A stretch of DNA of 64,000 nt from Octopus sinensis (Eukaryota): contig NC_043021.1 of NCBI RefSeq assembly GCF_006345805.1, positions 20,336,001 through 20,400,000 on the forward strand. The letters run 5' to 3'. Of the stretch, positions 13,401 to 26,600 are shown in pieces. Under the pieces are notes generated by a model, which did no database searches, had not been told where the DNA came from, and was given only the letters and a program-made list of their open reading frames with translations. Position 1 is the first letter of the stretch; each line of letters begins with the position of its first letter. A program made the translations under genes and the position numbers.

Positions 13401-16400
13401 AAAGTATTTGGACCATATCTCCCCTTTGAAGCTATCTTTCTTTTGTTCCTCCCACTCAGCAGTTTTCAAATTCCTGAAGAGGTTTCATGGGAACTGTACT
13501 AGCCCTTGATTAAATGATAAACAAACAGAGACCTGTAGCACTTTTCAGCAAACCCATTTTCTAGATAATTATTTAACCCTTTAGCATCTAAACTGACCAT
13601 ATCCAGCCAAAATATTCTATTTGCTTTGTTGTTCAAACTGGCCAAATCTGGCCCCCTCACACCAACCCTACAATATCATTCTAAAAATAAACAACCATGT
13701 CATCAGAATCTTGAAGCTACGAGATAATCCAAGATTAATTTGAAACAATGGGAATAAAGAAGCATTATAATTAACAGAACAATCTGAATGCTAAAGGGTT
13801 AATCTTTTTTTAACCATATTTCTAAGGACACACGCTCCCACTGTGTTCCTGAAATTTTTGAAATTAGTAATTTCAAGGGGTTTTAGTACAATGACTTATT
13901 ATTAAGCTCAAGCTTGGGTCAAAACAAAACATTCTTACTAAAATTATAAATAATGGTAAGTTTTAATTTAAATGTGAACATTTTTAAAATGAGAGATTTT
14001 TCATCAAAAGAACAAGAGATGGTACCTAGCATATTACTGGTATTGAAAGGGTTAAAGAAAAATTTCAAATCAACATATGGGGTTAACTGGAAAAAAAATT
14101 AGCAACACTTTTACAAAACAAGTGTTATTTTGTTAAAGAACAAGTTAAGGTGTGTGTTTGTTGAAGAGAACAAGAATGAGTTACCTGTTCCAGATAATCC
14201 TGTACTAAGAGAACTGCTAACAGAATTAGAATCCTCACGGTCCAATTCTTTATCAATACTAGAAAAGTCAAAATCATCCAGGCTAAGGTCATCAAGAGCA
14301 CTACCTAAATATAGACAAAAAAAAAAAAAAATTAGAATAGGGACGTGTAAACTTTTTAAAGCCATTTCTTATAATGGTTTCTTAATCCATTCTCTAATAT
14401 CTACCTATTGTCAAAGTGAAGTGGATGAAAGATTTAAGGTCTTAAACTACCTGCTCTTGTGCCAGGAGATCTTACCTTATAGCAGGCATTTTGCTGTGTC
14501 TGCTGTGCAAGATTATTATAATTATTATCATTATTATTATTATTATTATTATTATTCTACCTGCCTCAGATAATCTAAGAGCAGTATAGAATAAGTACCA
14601 TGCTTTCTTGAATCTTACTTAACTGACATGCTTATCTATAAAGGCAGCAATTTAATCTTAATGATTAAATAATTGTAGATACTTTATTGGTATATGACTG
14701 ATTACTGTTAACATACTGATACAGTGTCTACAGAATAACTATCTGAAGTAGATTGCTAAAATTGAAAGGAGGGACATGTTAAAACTGAAAGATGAGACAT
14801 GCTGAAATTGAACTCCAAGATAGTAAAATGTACAAGGCAGTACACCAAAACGTACAAAAGCAGGATGGTAAATTCAGAGATTTGAATATAGAAGCAACAT
14901 GAAGTTTTAAAAAAAAAAAAAACATTTAAAAACAGGTAGAAGCACCTATGTTTCTAATAAATGATAGAAGAGAACAAGTAGCACATGGCTGAGAGAATGA
15001 GTAAAAAAAGAAAAAAAAAGAAAGAAAAACAATAGAATTCTTTAAACTTTTTGTTACAGTATTTCTGTTGAAATAAATTGCCTTTGTTAACAAATGATTT
15101 TGAAAATAAAGAATTTACTAAAGTTATTCTGTCATTATTGATACAGTGTTTGGAATATAAATTAAGATATTGTGAGAGAAGGTTTTAATTTAGATCAGTT
15201 TAAAGTAGGGATTTCGTATCAGAGAACCAGGGGTAGCCTTGGCTGGGTTGGTACCAAAAGAATTTAACCCAACATTAAAAATTACATTTTACTTAAGAGA
15301 AAAAATATTTTTATAAATCTTATAGCAAAATAAATTAATTTTTGTATAAAAATTTGTAGGATGAAGATATTTCTCGAGTAATATAGATTCACAGAGCTAT
15401 TTTCCCAATTTCTGCGGTGCATGTATCCCAAACTGAATGGGATGCTCATTTTGGCCAGCTGAGTGGACTGAAGCAATGTGAAATGAAGTGTTTTGCTTGA
15501 GAACACAACACGTCACCTGGTGTAGGAATCGAAACCACAATCTTACGATCATGAGTCCAACACCCTAACCACTAAGCTATGTGCCTTCAACATGAAAAAG
15601 TGCAACATAGATAAATTCAAATAAAAAAAAAAAGAATAATTTTTAATTTCATTTAAAATTTAAAGTTCAGAACATATTTTCTTTTTTTGCTTTTACTAAC
15701 AGAACATGGTTTCTGAGCACAATTCAACAGATAAGAGTAGGTGTGTGTGGGGGGAATAACATGCATTCAGCAAGTTCTGAGAAAATATTTATTCTAAGCA
15801 TTTAGTTATACTTAAAAAAAATTTTTTAAAAGCATCATAAAGTTAGTAAAACAGCTTTGAATGAAATAACAGGCAACATGACATAACTTACCTACAACAG
15901 ATTCAACAGTTTCACCAGGAGGGTAAAATGATGGAGCATGTGGTGACATATTTGATGTAGAAGGGTTAATAGGAGAAAGAGAACCACTAAAACTTTGATT
16001 AAAATTATGCAGTAAAACTAAATTTTGTTTCCTTGTAGCTTTTTCACTAGTATCTATAGTCAAATCATTTTCTATAGCTTGTAACTGTTGCCGAAGTTTT
16101 GCCTAGAAAAAAAAGAAACAAAATAGAAAAAAATAAGAAAATGTAAGGTTAATGTTTACATAAAACTTTAACTGTTTTGTCCTGTTAATCTCAGGTTTAG
16201 ATGTAAATATTAGCTTAAAATTTTGGCACAAGTTGATAAAATCAACCCCAGTGCTCAACTGGTACTTATTTTATTGACATTGAAAGGATGAAAGGCAAAG
16301 TCGACCTTGGTGGAATTTGAACTCAGAATGCGAAGATGGATGGATGAAATGTTGCTGAGCATTTCATCCAGCTGAGCATTCAACGATTCTGCCAGAAGAG

Positions 16401-17638
16401 ACGTAAATATTAAAAACAGGAAACATTTTCATCTTTACCGATGAGGTCAAGAGTCAGAAAACTAATAATCTTATTAAATCATCTCAAACATTTGACCAGC
16501 ATTTTTATACTTATTAATATTGACCGTTTAGCTTTCGGTCAAGTGTGATGAGATAATGAATTAATCATGCATTATCTCATCATCATCATCGTTTAACGTC
16601 CGTTTTCCATGCTAGCACGGGTTGGACGGTTCGACCGGGGTCTGGGAAGCCAGGGGCTGCACCAGGCTCCAGTCTGATCTGGCAGAGTTTCTACAGCTGG
16701 ATGCCCTTCCTAACGCCAACCACTCCATGAGTGTAGTGGGTGCTTTTTACGTGCCACCTGCACAGGTGCCAGGGGGGTCCGGCATCGGCCACGATCGGTT
16801 GGAGCTTTTAACGTGCCACCAGCACGGAAGCGAGCCAAGGCGGTGCTGGCAACGGCCGAGGCGCTGGCTTTCAAGATTTTATTAATGCCACTGTTTACTT
16901 TTAGAATGCCATTGAATGGTAGGTATGAAGTCAGATTTGGTCATTTTGAACATAAAACAGACAGAATATTTGGTTGCATGTTGTTAGTTTGAATGCTAAA
17001 GCATTTAACATATTTTTTATACAATATGAAGACAACTGAAGGCTAATAACTCTTCAATAAAAAATGAATTTGTATGCTTTGTTAAAGGCAGTAACACTAA
17101 GAGATGTGACAGGCAATAAATGCTGTGAATACTTGCTGAAACAACAGCCTGACTTTTGGAATTTTCTTTGACATTGGAAGAGGCTGGTAAAAAGAATGGG
17201 AAGAAGGAACTAAAGCAAAGGAGTTACTGCAGAAAGGTAGCACATTAAGCTATCAAGTTATCCTTGGATCTGCTCCGACTGCTTGTAATAAAGCGGATTC
17301 TGATAAGGAACACAAGGGCTAAAAGGTGGCAGTTATGTTGAAGCTAAACTGGACAAAAGAAATGGTGCAGCTGGTTGAAAGTAGACAAGAGAAGACAAAA
17401 GACTACTCTTTACTCTCTCTTTTACTCTTTTACTTGTTTCAGTCATTTGACTGCGGCCATGCTGGAGCACTGCCTTTAGTCGAGCAACTCGACCCCGGGA
17501 CTTATTCTTTTGTAAGCCCAGTACTTATTCTATCGGTCTCTTTTGCCGAACTGCTAAGTGATGGGGACATAAACACACCAGCATCGGTTGTCAAGCGATG
17601 TTGGGTGGAGGACACAAACACAGACACACAAACACACA

Positions 17639-17678
<40 letters not shown>

Positions 17679-20600
17679 TACGACGGGCTTCCTTCAGTTT
17701 CTGTTTACCAAATCCACTCACAAGGCTTTGGTCGGCCCAAGGCTATAGTGGAAGACACTTGCCCAAGGTGCCACGTAGTGGGACTGAACCCGGAACCACT
17801 TACTACACAGCCACTCAGGAAGAAATTAACAAAAATAAAAAGCGTTAAGAGCAATCTTCCAAAGACTGAGATGTCTAGCATCTTGCCATACTCAAGACGA
17901 CCCTTACTGTGCAGCAGAAATGTTAAGACCAATCTTTCTGGTGGCTCAAAGAACTTGTGGTGCCATGTAAAAGCACCCAGCACACACTGTAAAGTGGCTG
18001 GCATTAGGAAGGGCATCCAGCTGTAGAAATCATGCCAAATCAGACTGGAGTCTGGTGCAGCATGCTAGCTCTGGTCAAACCAGCCAACCCATGCCAACAT
18101 TGACAATGGACATTAAATGATGAAGATTCAACCAATATTTGGAATAATAATCAATGCGGCGACATGGATCAGTGTCTAACAAACAAGCGAGAGGTAAAAA
18201 AACAGACCACAGTTTTAACACTTTAGCACTGAAACCAGCCACATCAGGCTTAAATATTCTACCAGGTTTATGTTCAAACCAGCCTCTCATACCAATCCTA
18301 CAAGGCCATTCTAAAAATACCATATTTTGTTCTTACAAGTCAACATGGTATGTAATGTAAAGATGTATTGCAAATATTCAAGCATCATCTCTATCTTGCC
18401 AAATCCTGCTGCATTTCACATGGCTTTTGGCTCTTCAAAGTCATCTTGGTGTATAAGTTGATTTAGCTTTTTTCAGCTGTAAATAGGGGTCTGAAAAATT
18501 CAACTTGTATACCAGAAAATACAGTAAGCAATCACGTCGCTGACACCTTGAAGCTACTAGGATAATGCATGTTTAATTCAAAGCAGAGTGAATAAATAAG
18601 CATTACATTTGACAGTAATTTGAATGCTAAAGAGTTGTATTATAGTAATTTCTTTTTGAAAAAAAATGCATTTGAAGAATTTAAATTAAGCTTTAATAAA
18701 GATTCAGGGGAGGAGGTTTAAGCAAAAAAGAGGAAAAACAGAAAAACTCACTTGGCCTTCTTCTCGAGTTGAACTAAGAGTTCTCTGGTATTGCCCTGGA
18801 CTACCATTGTCTGAGTTAATGCTACTAGAAGTACTACTTGTTCGACCCTTTCCTATAGGTTCCGGAAGTGGACTACTGGAGTGATTAGCATATCCTAAAT
18901 TGTTTAACTAGAAAATGGGGGAAAAAATCAGGTTATTGCCATTGTCAACATTACAAATATGTAAAAATATACAAAAATCAGTCTTATTTTAATTTTGAAA
19001 ATCATGAAGAATTTATTAGATTATATTTGGTATCATTAAGCTAGTATTTCAAACTTCAATTAACACAAAATTTTGATGAAAAATTTTGATTAAGATCACT
19101 TCAAAATAAGGAATTTGTATCATAGAAAAAAGGGCAGTCTCAGGCGGATTGATATCAAAAATGATCAAAGATGCTACTGCCGTGATCACCACCACTGCCA
19201 CTATCACTGTTAGCATTTTTATGTTCTCTTTTTCCATGCTGACATGGATTGGATAAGTCTTCTGGACGTTATTTTCGGACACCAAACTATTTATTTTCAA
19301 GTAGCGTACTTTATTCTATGTCTTTGCATGCTAAACTGAACAGCAGGACATAAATGCCACTGATATCTAAATGTTGTCAATGCAAAGACATACAAAGGGC
19401 CTTCTGTAATTTTCCATCAACCAAATTTCACTTGTAAGGCATTGGCCAATCCAAGGCTTTATTAGAAGACACATAGCCAGGATTCCATGTGGTTGTAAAG
19501 GGCTCTATACAACATAGCCACACTTGTCTCCTTTTCAGACAGTGTATCTGGGTTTACATTATCCAATCTGTCATTCCATTTTTTTTTTAAGACAGTAGAG
19601 ATAATGGAAATGAGATTTGTTAGACACTCTTCCTAACGCCAATCACTCAAGTGTACTGGATGCTTTCTATTGGGTTGTCCGGAAAGTTCGTGCCGATTTT
19701 TAAAGGAAAGAAAATGGTCAATATATTTGCCATTACATTTTTAATCAACCAAATATGAACCATTTTGTTGCACAATGCGTCTCCCTCTTTCCTTTAACTT
19801 GAAAATACCCTCTTCCCAGAATTGAGGTAGTTTCATGGCAAAGAATTCATCAAGGTATCTTTTTACGTTATCCAAGGAATTGAAATTTTTACCATCAAGA
19901 CTATTTTGCAGAGACCTGAATAAGTGGAAATCCGAAGGAGCAATACCTGGTGAATACGAAGGGTGGGGTAACACTGCCCAGCCGAGCTGCAGCAATTTTT
20001 GTCTGGATTTCAAAGCATCAAGTGCCGAAAATGAAGTTTCTTATCTTCCATTTTAAAGGGTTACAGAATTAACACAGGTTATAGGAACATAAACCTTCTT
20101 CCACAAAAAGATAGCTTAAACTGTGCTCTAAATCGAGGTGTAGTCAAATCCTATTTTATGGACTCAACCATGTTCTAAAATAAATCGAAAATTAGGCTAC
20201 TATAAATCGGCACGAACTTTCCGGACAACCCAATAGATGGCACCATCACCAGAGAGGTCACCGAGTAACTTGCAAGACAAGATCCCTTCAAGTGAAGTGG
20301 GTTTATGCCAGGTGGTCAGAGTTTAGAGCATGATAGAGGGAAAGAAATAGCAGATGTACATGACTTACTGCAGTTGGAAAGGGAGAGGGGAGAGAAAGAG
20401 AAGATGGTGAAGAAGATAATGAAGTACCCCCTCAGGACCTTTTCCTTTTGAACGGCACACAATTTCTAGTTAACTAAACACTTTTAAACTTCATATAATG
20501 GTAGAATGTGTCAAAATAAAACATTTTTTTCTCTTGGCTTTCTTGAGAAAATTGTAATTTGTTTCTTTAACGTAGTTTAATTTTTCGAATTTTAACCAAT

Positions 20601-23600
20601 CCTATGCTCTCTTTTGAGCTAAAATCATTTGCTGCGTCTAAAACTGAGACAACATCCTGTAACTAACCCTAACCCTAAATTTTTTTTTATTAATTGTTAC
20701 GCGTGTAAAAAAAACTAAAGCAATAGAATTAAATTAATTTAACAATTAAGAAAAAAAAAATTAGGGTTAGGGGGGAGGTTTAGAGTTAGTTACAGGATGT
20801 TGTCTCAGTTTTAGACACAGCAAATGATTTTAGTTGAATGGGGGTAATCGATTGGTTAAAATTGCTGAAATGCTCGGATTTTCAGACGAAATATCTTACA
20901 AACTATAGAATTTTCTCAATAAAACCAAGAGAAAATGATGTTTTATAAACACATTCTACCAGTATATGTAGTTTAAAAGTGTTTAGTTACCTAGAAATTG
21001 TGTTGACATCTGCCATTCAAAAGGAAAAGATCCCACCCTCAAATTACAGGGAAGTGAAAGAGGTACAACCTGGAGAAATACTTACTGTGTGAGAAATACT
21101 GTTACAACGTTCTTTACCAATTGGATCTGGAAGCTTTGGTGATTGGTTACCACCTATAGAATTAGAATCCTCCTGCAAAATAATCAAACAAACCAAGAAT
21201 GACCAATTCCATGTTTTAGACAAAATACACAGGTTTCAAATTTTGGCACAAGGCTAGCAATTCTGGGGAAGGGAGTAAATCAATTACACTGACCCCAGTA
21301 TTCAACTGGTACTTATTTTATCTTGGAAGGCAGCGAGCTGGCAGAAACGTTAGCACGCCGGGCGAAATGCTTAGCGGTATTTCGTCTGTCGTTCAAATTC
21401 CGCCGAGGTCGACTTTGCCTTTCATCCTTTCGGGGTCTATAAATTAAGTACCAGTTACGCACTGGGGTCGATGTAATAGACTTAATACCTATCTCTGTCC
21501 TTGTTTGTCCCCTCTGTGTTTAGCCCCTTGTGGGTAGTAAAGAAATAGGTACTTATTTTGTCTATCCTGAAGGGATTAACAGCAAAGTTGACCTTGTTGG
21601 TATTTGAACTCAGAATGTAAAGATGGATGAAATGCCACAAAGCATTTTACCTGGCATGCAAATGATTCTGCCAGCTTCCTGCTCAGAGTTTTAGACTAAA
21701 ATATTAAAGATGATCAATAAGTTTAGTATCTTCATATTTAAACAGACCATATCCCACCCAAATATTCTTGTTTTCTTTTCTTGTCAATGGTCCTTCATCA
21801 TATGGTTTTAGGGTGCCCTGCTGTTCTTTCCCCTCACCATGTTGCCACTTTACTGCCACCATATAATTGCTTTTCCAATCTTGTCTGAGGACATGTCCGA
21901 TCCAGTTACAGAGTCTGCGTATTATTCCGTCACTGATCCTGTTGATGTTTCAATTGTCAGAATGAAGGAAATCTACCAAACAGTCAGAATGCCTTGAAAG
22001 TTTGCCCTCTCAATTCCCTTTCTGCCCACCATGAACTTACTGTAGATTTTCAAACTGAACAACGTTTCATCAATCTCACCAGTCTTGGAGTGTCAACAAA
22101 GAACAAGAACTAAACAATCCCTTCTCATTAAATAGCAACATAAGCAAAAAGAAAATCCGTGAGTTTGAGAGAATGTACTCTCTCTCTTTTACTCTTTACT
22201 CTTTTACTTGTTTCAGTCATTTGACTGTGGCCATGCTGGAGCACCGCCTTTAATCGAGCAACTCAACCCCGGGACTTATTCTTTTGTAAGCCAGTACTTA
22301 TTCTATCGGTCTCTTTTGCCGAACCGCTAAGTAACAGGGACATAAATACACCAGCACCGGTTGTCAAGCAATGCTAGGGGGACAAACACAGACACACATA
22401 TGCATACATATATACATATATACGACGGGCTTCTTTTCAGTTTCCGTCTACCAAATCCACTCACAAGGCTTTGGTCGGCCCGAGGCTATAGTAGAAGACA
22501 CTTGCCCAAGGTGCCACGCAGTGGGACTGAACCCAGAACCATGTGGCTGGTAAACAAGCTACTTACCACACAGCCACTCCTGCGCCTGTGTGTATATATG
22601 TGACACAGAAAGTCTGCGTGTGCATGTGCGTATTTGAAGGAATGTGCATATGTGTTTGAGAGAACGTGTTTATACATGTGCATGTGGAAGAATGCGTACT
22701 GTATTTTCCAGCACACAAGTTGAATTTTTGAGGCCAAAATTTAATGTGAAATGCAGGATTAGGAAGATAACGACATTGTTTTGGATGTTTATACTAAATG
22801 TTTATGTTATATACTGTGTTGTTTCGTATCCTGGAAAATCACCATCACCATCACCATCGTTTAACGTCCGCTTTCCATGTTAGCATGGGTTGGACGATTT
22901 TGACTGAGGGCTGGTGAACCAGATGGCTGCACCAGGCTCCAATCTTGATCTGGCAGAGTTGCTACAGCTGGATGCCCTTCCTAACGCCAACCACTCCGAG
23001 AGTGTAGTGGGTGCTTTTTATGTGCCACCGACCGGCATGGGGGCTAGTCAGGTGGTACTGGCAATGACCTCGCTCAAATTCTTTTTACACATGCCACCGG
23101 CACAGGTGAATGTAATGGTTTGAGAAAACATGTTTGTATGTTTGAGAAAGTGTGTACATGTGTTGGAAAGAAAGCGTGTATTATTTATTTTATTTTATTT
23201 TATTTTATCTAGTTTCAGCTCACGAGCTGTGGCCATGCTGGGGCACTGCCATTTAAATGAAATTAGACTGCCGTGACCAGGATTCGAACCTGGGTTACTA
23301 CGGCCACAACGTGGGGTCCTAACCACTAGACGATCACGGCCATTCGTCTAATTGTATATCTGTTTTGGCACCAAAACATTGTCAGAAAACAGAGCTGTTG
23401 CAGAGACTGTGTTGTAGCTTTATGTGCCTCATGGCATGGAGAGAACCAACCAATTACTTAACTTCCAAGAAACAAAGATAATGGTTAGTGCAGGAGATTG
23501 AGAGACTGTGTATATATTTTGGGAGAATGTGTATACATGTCACAGAGAATATGGCTGAATGTGTTTTAGAAAATGTGAACTTTCACGGGTGTACATGCTA

Positions 23601-26600
23601 CATATCGTTACTGTGTGTGCTTGACAGAGAATATCAATGCATGCTCTTCAGTCTTTTACTCGTTTCAGTCATTTGACTGTGGCCATGCTGGAGCACTGCC
23701 TTTAGTCGAGCAAATCAAGCCGAAGACTTATTCTTTGTAAGCCTAGTGCTTATTCTATCGGCCTCTTTTGCCGAACCGCTAAGTGACGGGAACGTAAACA
23801 CACCAGCATCGGCTGTCAGGCGATGTTGGGGGGACAAACACAGACACACAAACATACACATATATATATATATATATACATATATACAACAGGTTTATTT
23901 CAGTTTCCATTTACCAAATCCACTCACAAGGCTATAGTAGAAGACACTTGCCCATGGTGCCACGCAGTGGGACTGAACCCAGAACCATGTGGTTGGTAAG
24001 CAAGCTACTTACCACATAGCCACTCCTATGTATGTGTATAGGTGGTAACAAGTCGTATACATATTGCATTGCCCAAACACAGCCCCACACACACACACAC
24101 ACACACACACATACATACATACATACATACACACTGATCTACCAGAAAGAGAAGACAAAAGCTAAAACAGACAAAATGGTTTACCTTTTGATTTTGAAGC
24201 AACATTCCTTTGCCTTCATTATTTTCTAAATTATTACTACTTTGTGGTAAAGCGTTAGTTACAAATGCTGCTAAAGAATTATCACTTGATAAATTTAATT
24301 CTCTCTGTGCTGTCATTTCCTCTGTAAAAACAAAAAAAAAACAAAAATTATATAAAATATCATAAATATAAATAAAAACATGAGGGTGCCTGGCCTAGTG
24401 GTTAGGGTGTTGCACTCATGAACACATCAACTCGTTAACATTGTCATCATCATTTTAACCCTTTTGATACCAACCTGGCCAAAACTGCCTCTGGCTCTGT
24501 AGTACAAATGTCTTGTTTTCATAAGTTCTGAATTAAAATCTTCCACCAAACCTTGGTCACAATTTATGTTCCCAATACTAGCTTAATGATAACTAAGTTA
24601 TTTTACTAAATTCTTTGTTGCTGATGCCAGTGCCGCCTCGACTGGCTTCCGTGCCGGTGGCAAGTAAAAAGGCACCAATCTGACCATGGCCGTTGCCAGC
24701 CTTGCCTGGCACCTGTGCAGGTGGCACGTAAAATGCACCAATCCGACCGTGGCTGTTGCCAGCCTCGCCTGGCACCTGTGCAGGTGGCACGTAAAAAGCA
24801 CCCACTACACTCACGGAGTGGTTGGCGTTAGGAAGGGCATCCAGCTGTAGAAACACTGCCAGATCAGACTGAAGCCTGGTGCAGCCTTCTGACTTCCCAG
24901 ATCCCCGGTCGAACTGTCCAACCCATGCTAGCATGGAGAACAGACGTTAAACAATGATGATGATTTAAAATAAATTGAATGAAATACAGAGCATCTCAAA
25001 ATAAATACGGTAATGAAAGGGTTAACATCTACTTTCTAATAAGTCAGAAGAAATTTGTGCAGGTGGATTTTCTACAGTTCGATGACCTTCCTGACGCCAA
25101 TATTCACCTGATTCCAAGTAAGGTACTATGCCCCGTGACCAGACATGTTTACATGGAAGACTAGAAACAGAGGACACTGCTTCCATGATGGTGACATTCA
25201 TTCACAACTATCACGTGAAGTCAAGGCAAAGAAACAGTCACACACACACATATGATGGGCTTCTTTCAGTCTACCAAATCCACTCTCAGGGCTTTGATCA
25301 GCGGAGGGATGAAGTGGAAAAAAACTTGCCACACAGTGGGACTGAACCTGAGATCAGGTGGTTAGAAAGAAAACTTCTTGCCACACAGTCATGCTTTGCA
25401 CATGTAGGCTAATTATAGAGAATTTTTTTTTACAGGAAAAACAAGTTCCCCGCTCCTTTTAATTCTCTCATTCACACATTATCCTAGCTCCATGATAAAC
25501 ACACCATTTACTTCTACTACCATTTACTTTCCATTATCTGACAGCTTCCTACTTGCAAGCTATCTCTTTAATGAGACAGCAAATAAAAACAAAGCTAATT
25601 ATTACATGCAGATTGTTGTTGTTATTATTATTATTATTATCAGAATCAGAATCAAAATCGAAATCGATCAACATCAATGGAAATTGTAGCTGTGATACCA
25701 GTGCCGGTGGCACTTAAGCGAACCATCCAAATGTGGTCGTTGCCAGCGCTGCCCCGACGGGCACGTAAAAAGCACCATCCGATCGTGGCCGTTTGCCAGC
25801 CTTGCTTGGCACACATGCCGGTGGCACGTAAAAAGCACCATCCGGCTGTGGCCGTTTGCCAGCCTCGCTTGGCACACATGCCGGTGGCACATAAAAAGCA
25901 CCATCCGGCTGTGGCCGTTTGCCAGCCTCGTCTGGCACCCATGCCGGTGGCACGTAAAAAGCACCATCCGATCGTGGCCGTTTGCCAGCCTCGCCTGGCC
26001 CCCATGCCAGTGACACGTAAAAGCACCATCCGACTGTGGCCATTTGCCAGCCCCGTCTGGCACCTGTGCCGGTGGCACGTAAAAAGCACCCACTACACTC
26101 ACGGAGTGGTTGGCATTAGGAAGGGCATCCAGCCATAGAAACATTGCCAGATCAGAACTGGGCCTGGTGCAGTCTTCTGGCTTCCCAGACCCCAGTTGAA
26201 CCGTCCAACCCATGCTAGCAAGGAAAGCGAACGCTAATGATGATGATGATGAAAGACTGATAAAAAAAAAGAAAAGAAACAGTTATATTGATGTACATAT
26301 AAAAGTGACGCAGTTGGAAAATGGTATTTGTTGGTAATGGAAAGTGAAGGAAAGAAGGTAAGTCATAGTTAATTATCCTCTCAACTGATAATAGAACAAC
26401 TTTGTCTCACACAATCAAACATTTTATAGTACATAATCATTTCAATTATCTGGACATTCTTCAAAATAGCTAAGTATAAAAGAAACACAAAGGGAGGTTA
26501 AGCTCCAAAAAACAAACTTGCATTGCAAAGGAAATAATGCTGTCTGATAATAATGGATAATGCAAAATTTGTTTTATGTAAAAGTATATGTACACACACA

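Noticed and set aside
14130-14573. 147-aa plus-strand ORF
   Set aside because: Antisense shadow of unk exon 14185-14304 running into poly-A and (TAT)n tracts.
20655-20790. TTAGGG/CCCTAA as an interstitial telomere or fusion site
   Set aside because: Only 2-3 units, embedded symmetrically in a foldback MITE and recurring in its relatives.
25695-26095. CRISPR-like regularly spaced repeats
   Set aside because: Contiguous tandem units with no unique spacers, no cas genes, and a eukaryotic intron context.
25652-26213. Four overlapping 109-179-aa ORFs with repeating peptides
   Set aside because: Produced by the 63-bp (21-codon) minisatellite in a family-D repeat; open on both strands and with no splice context.
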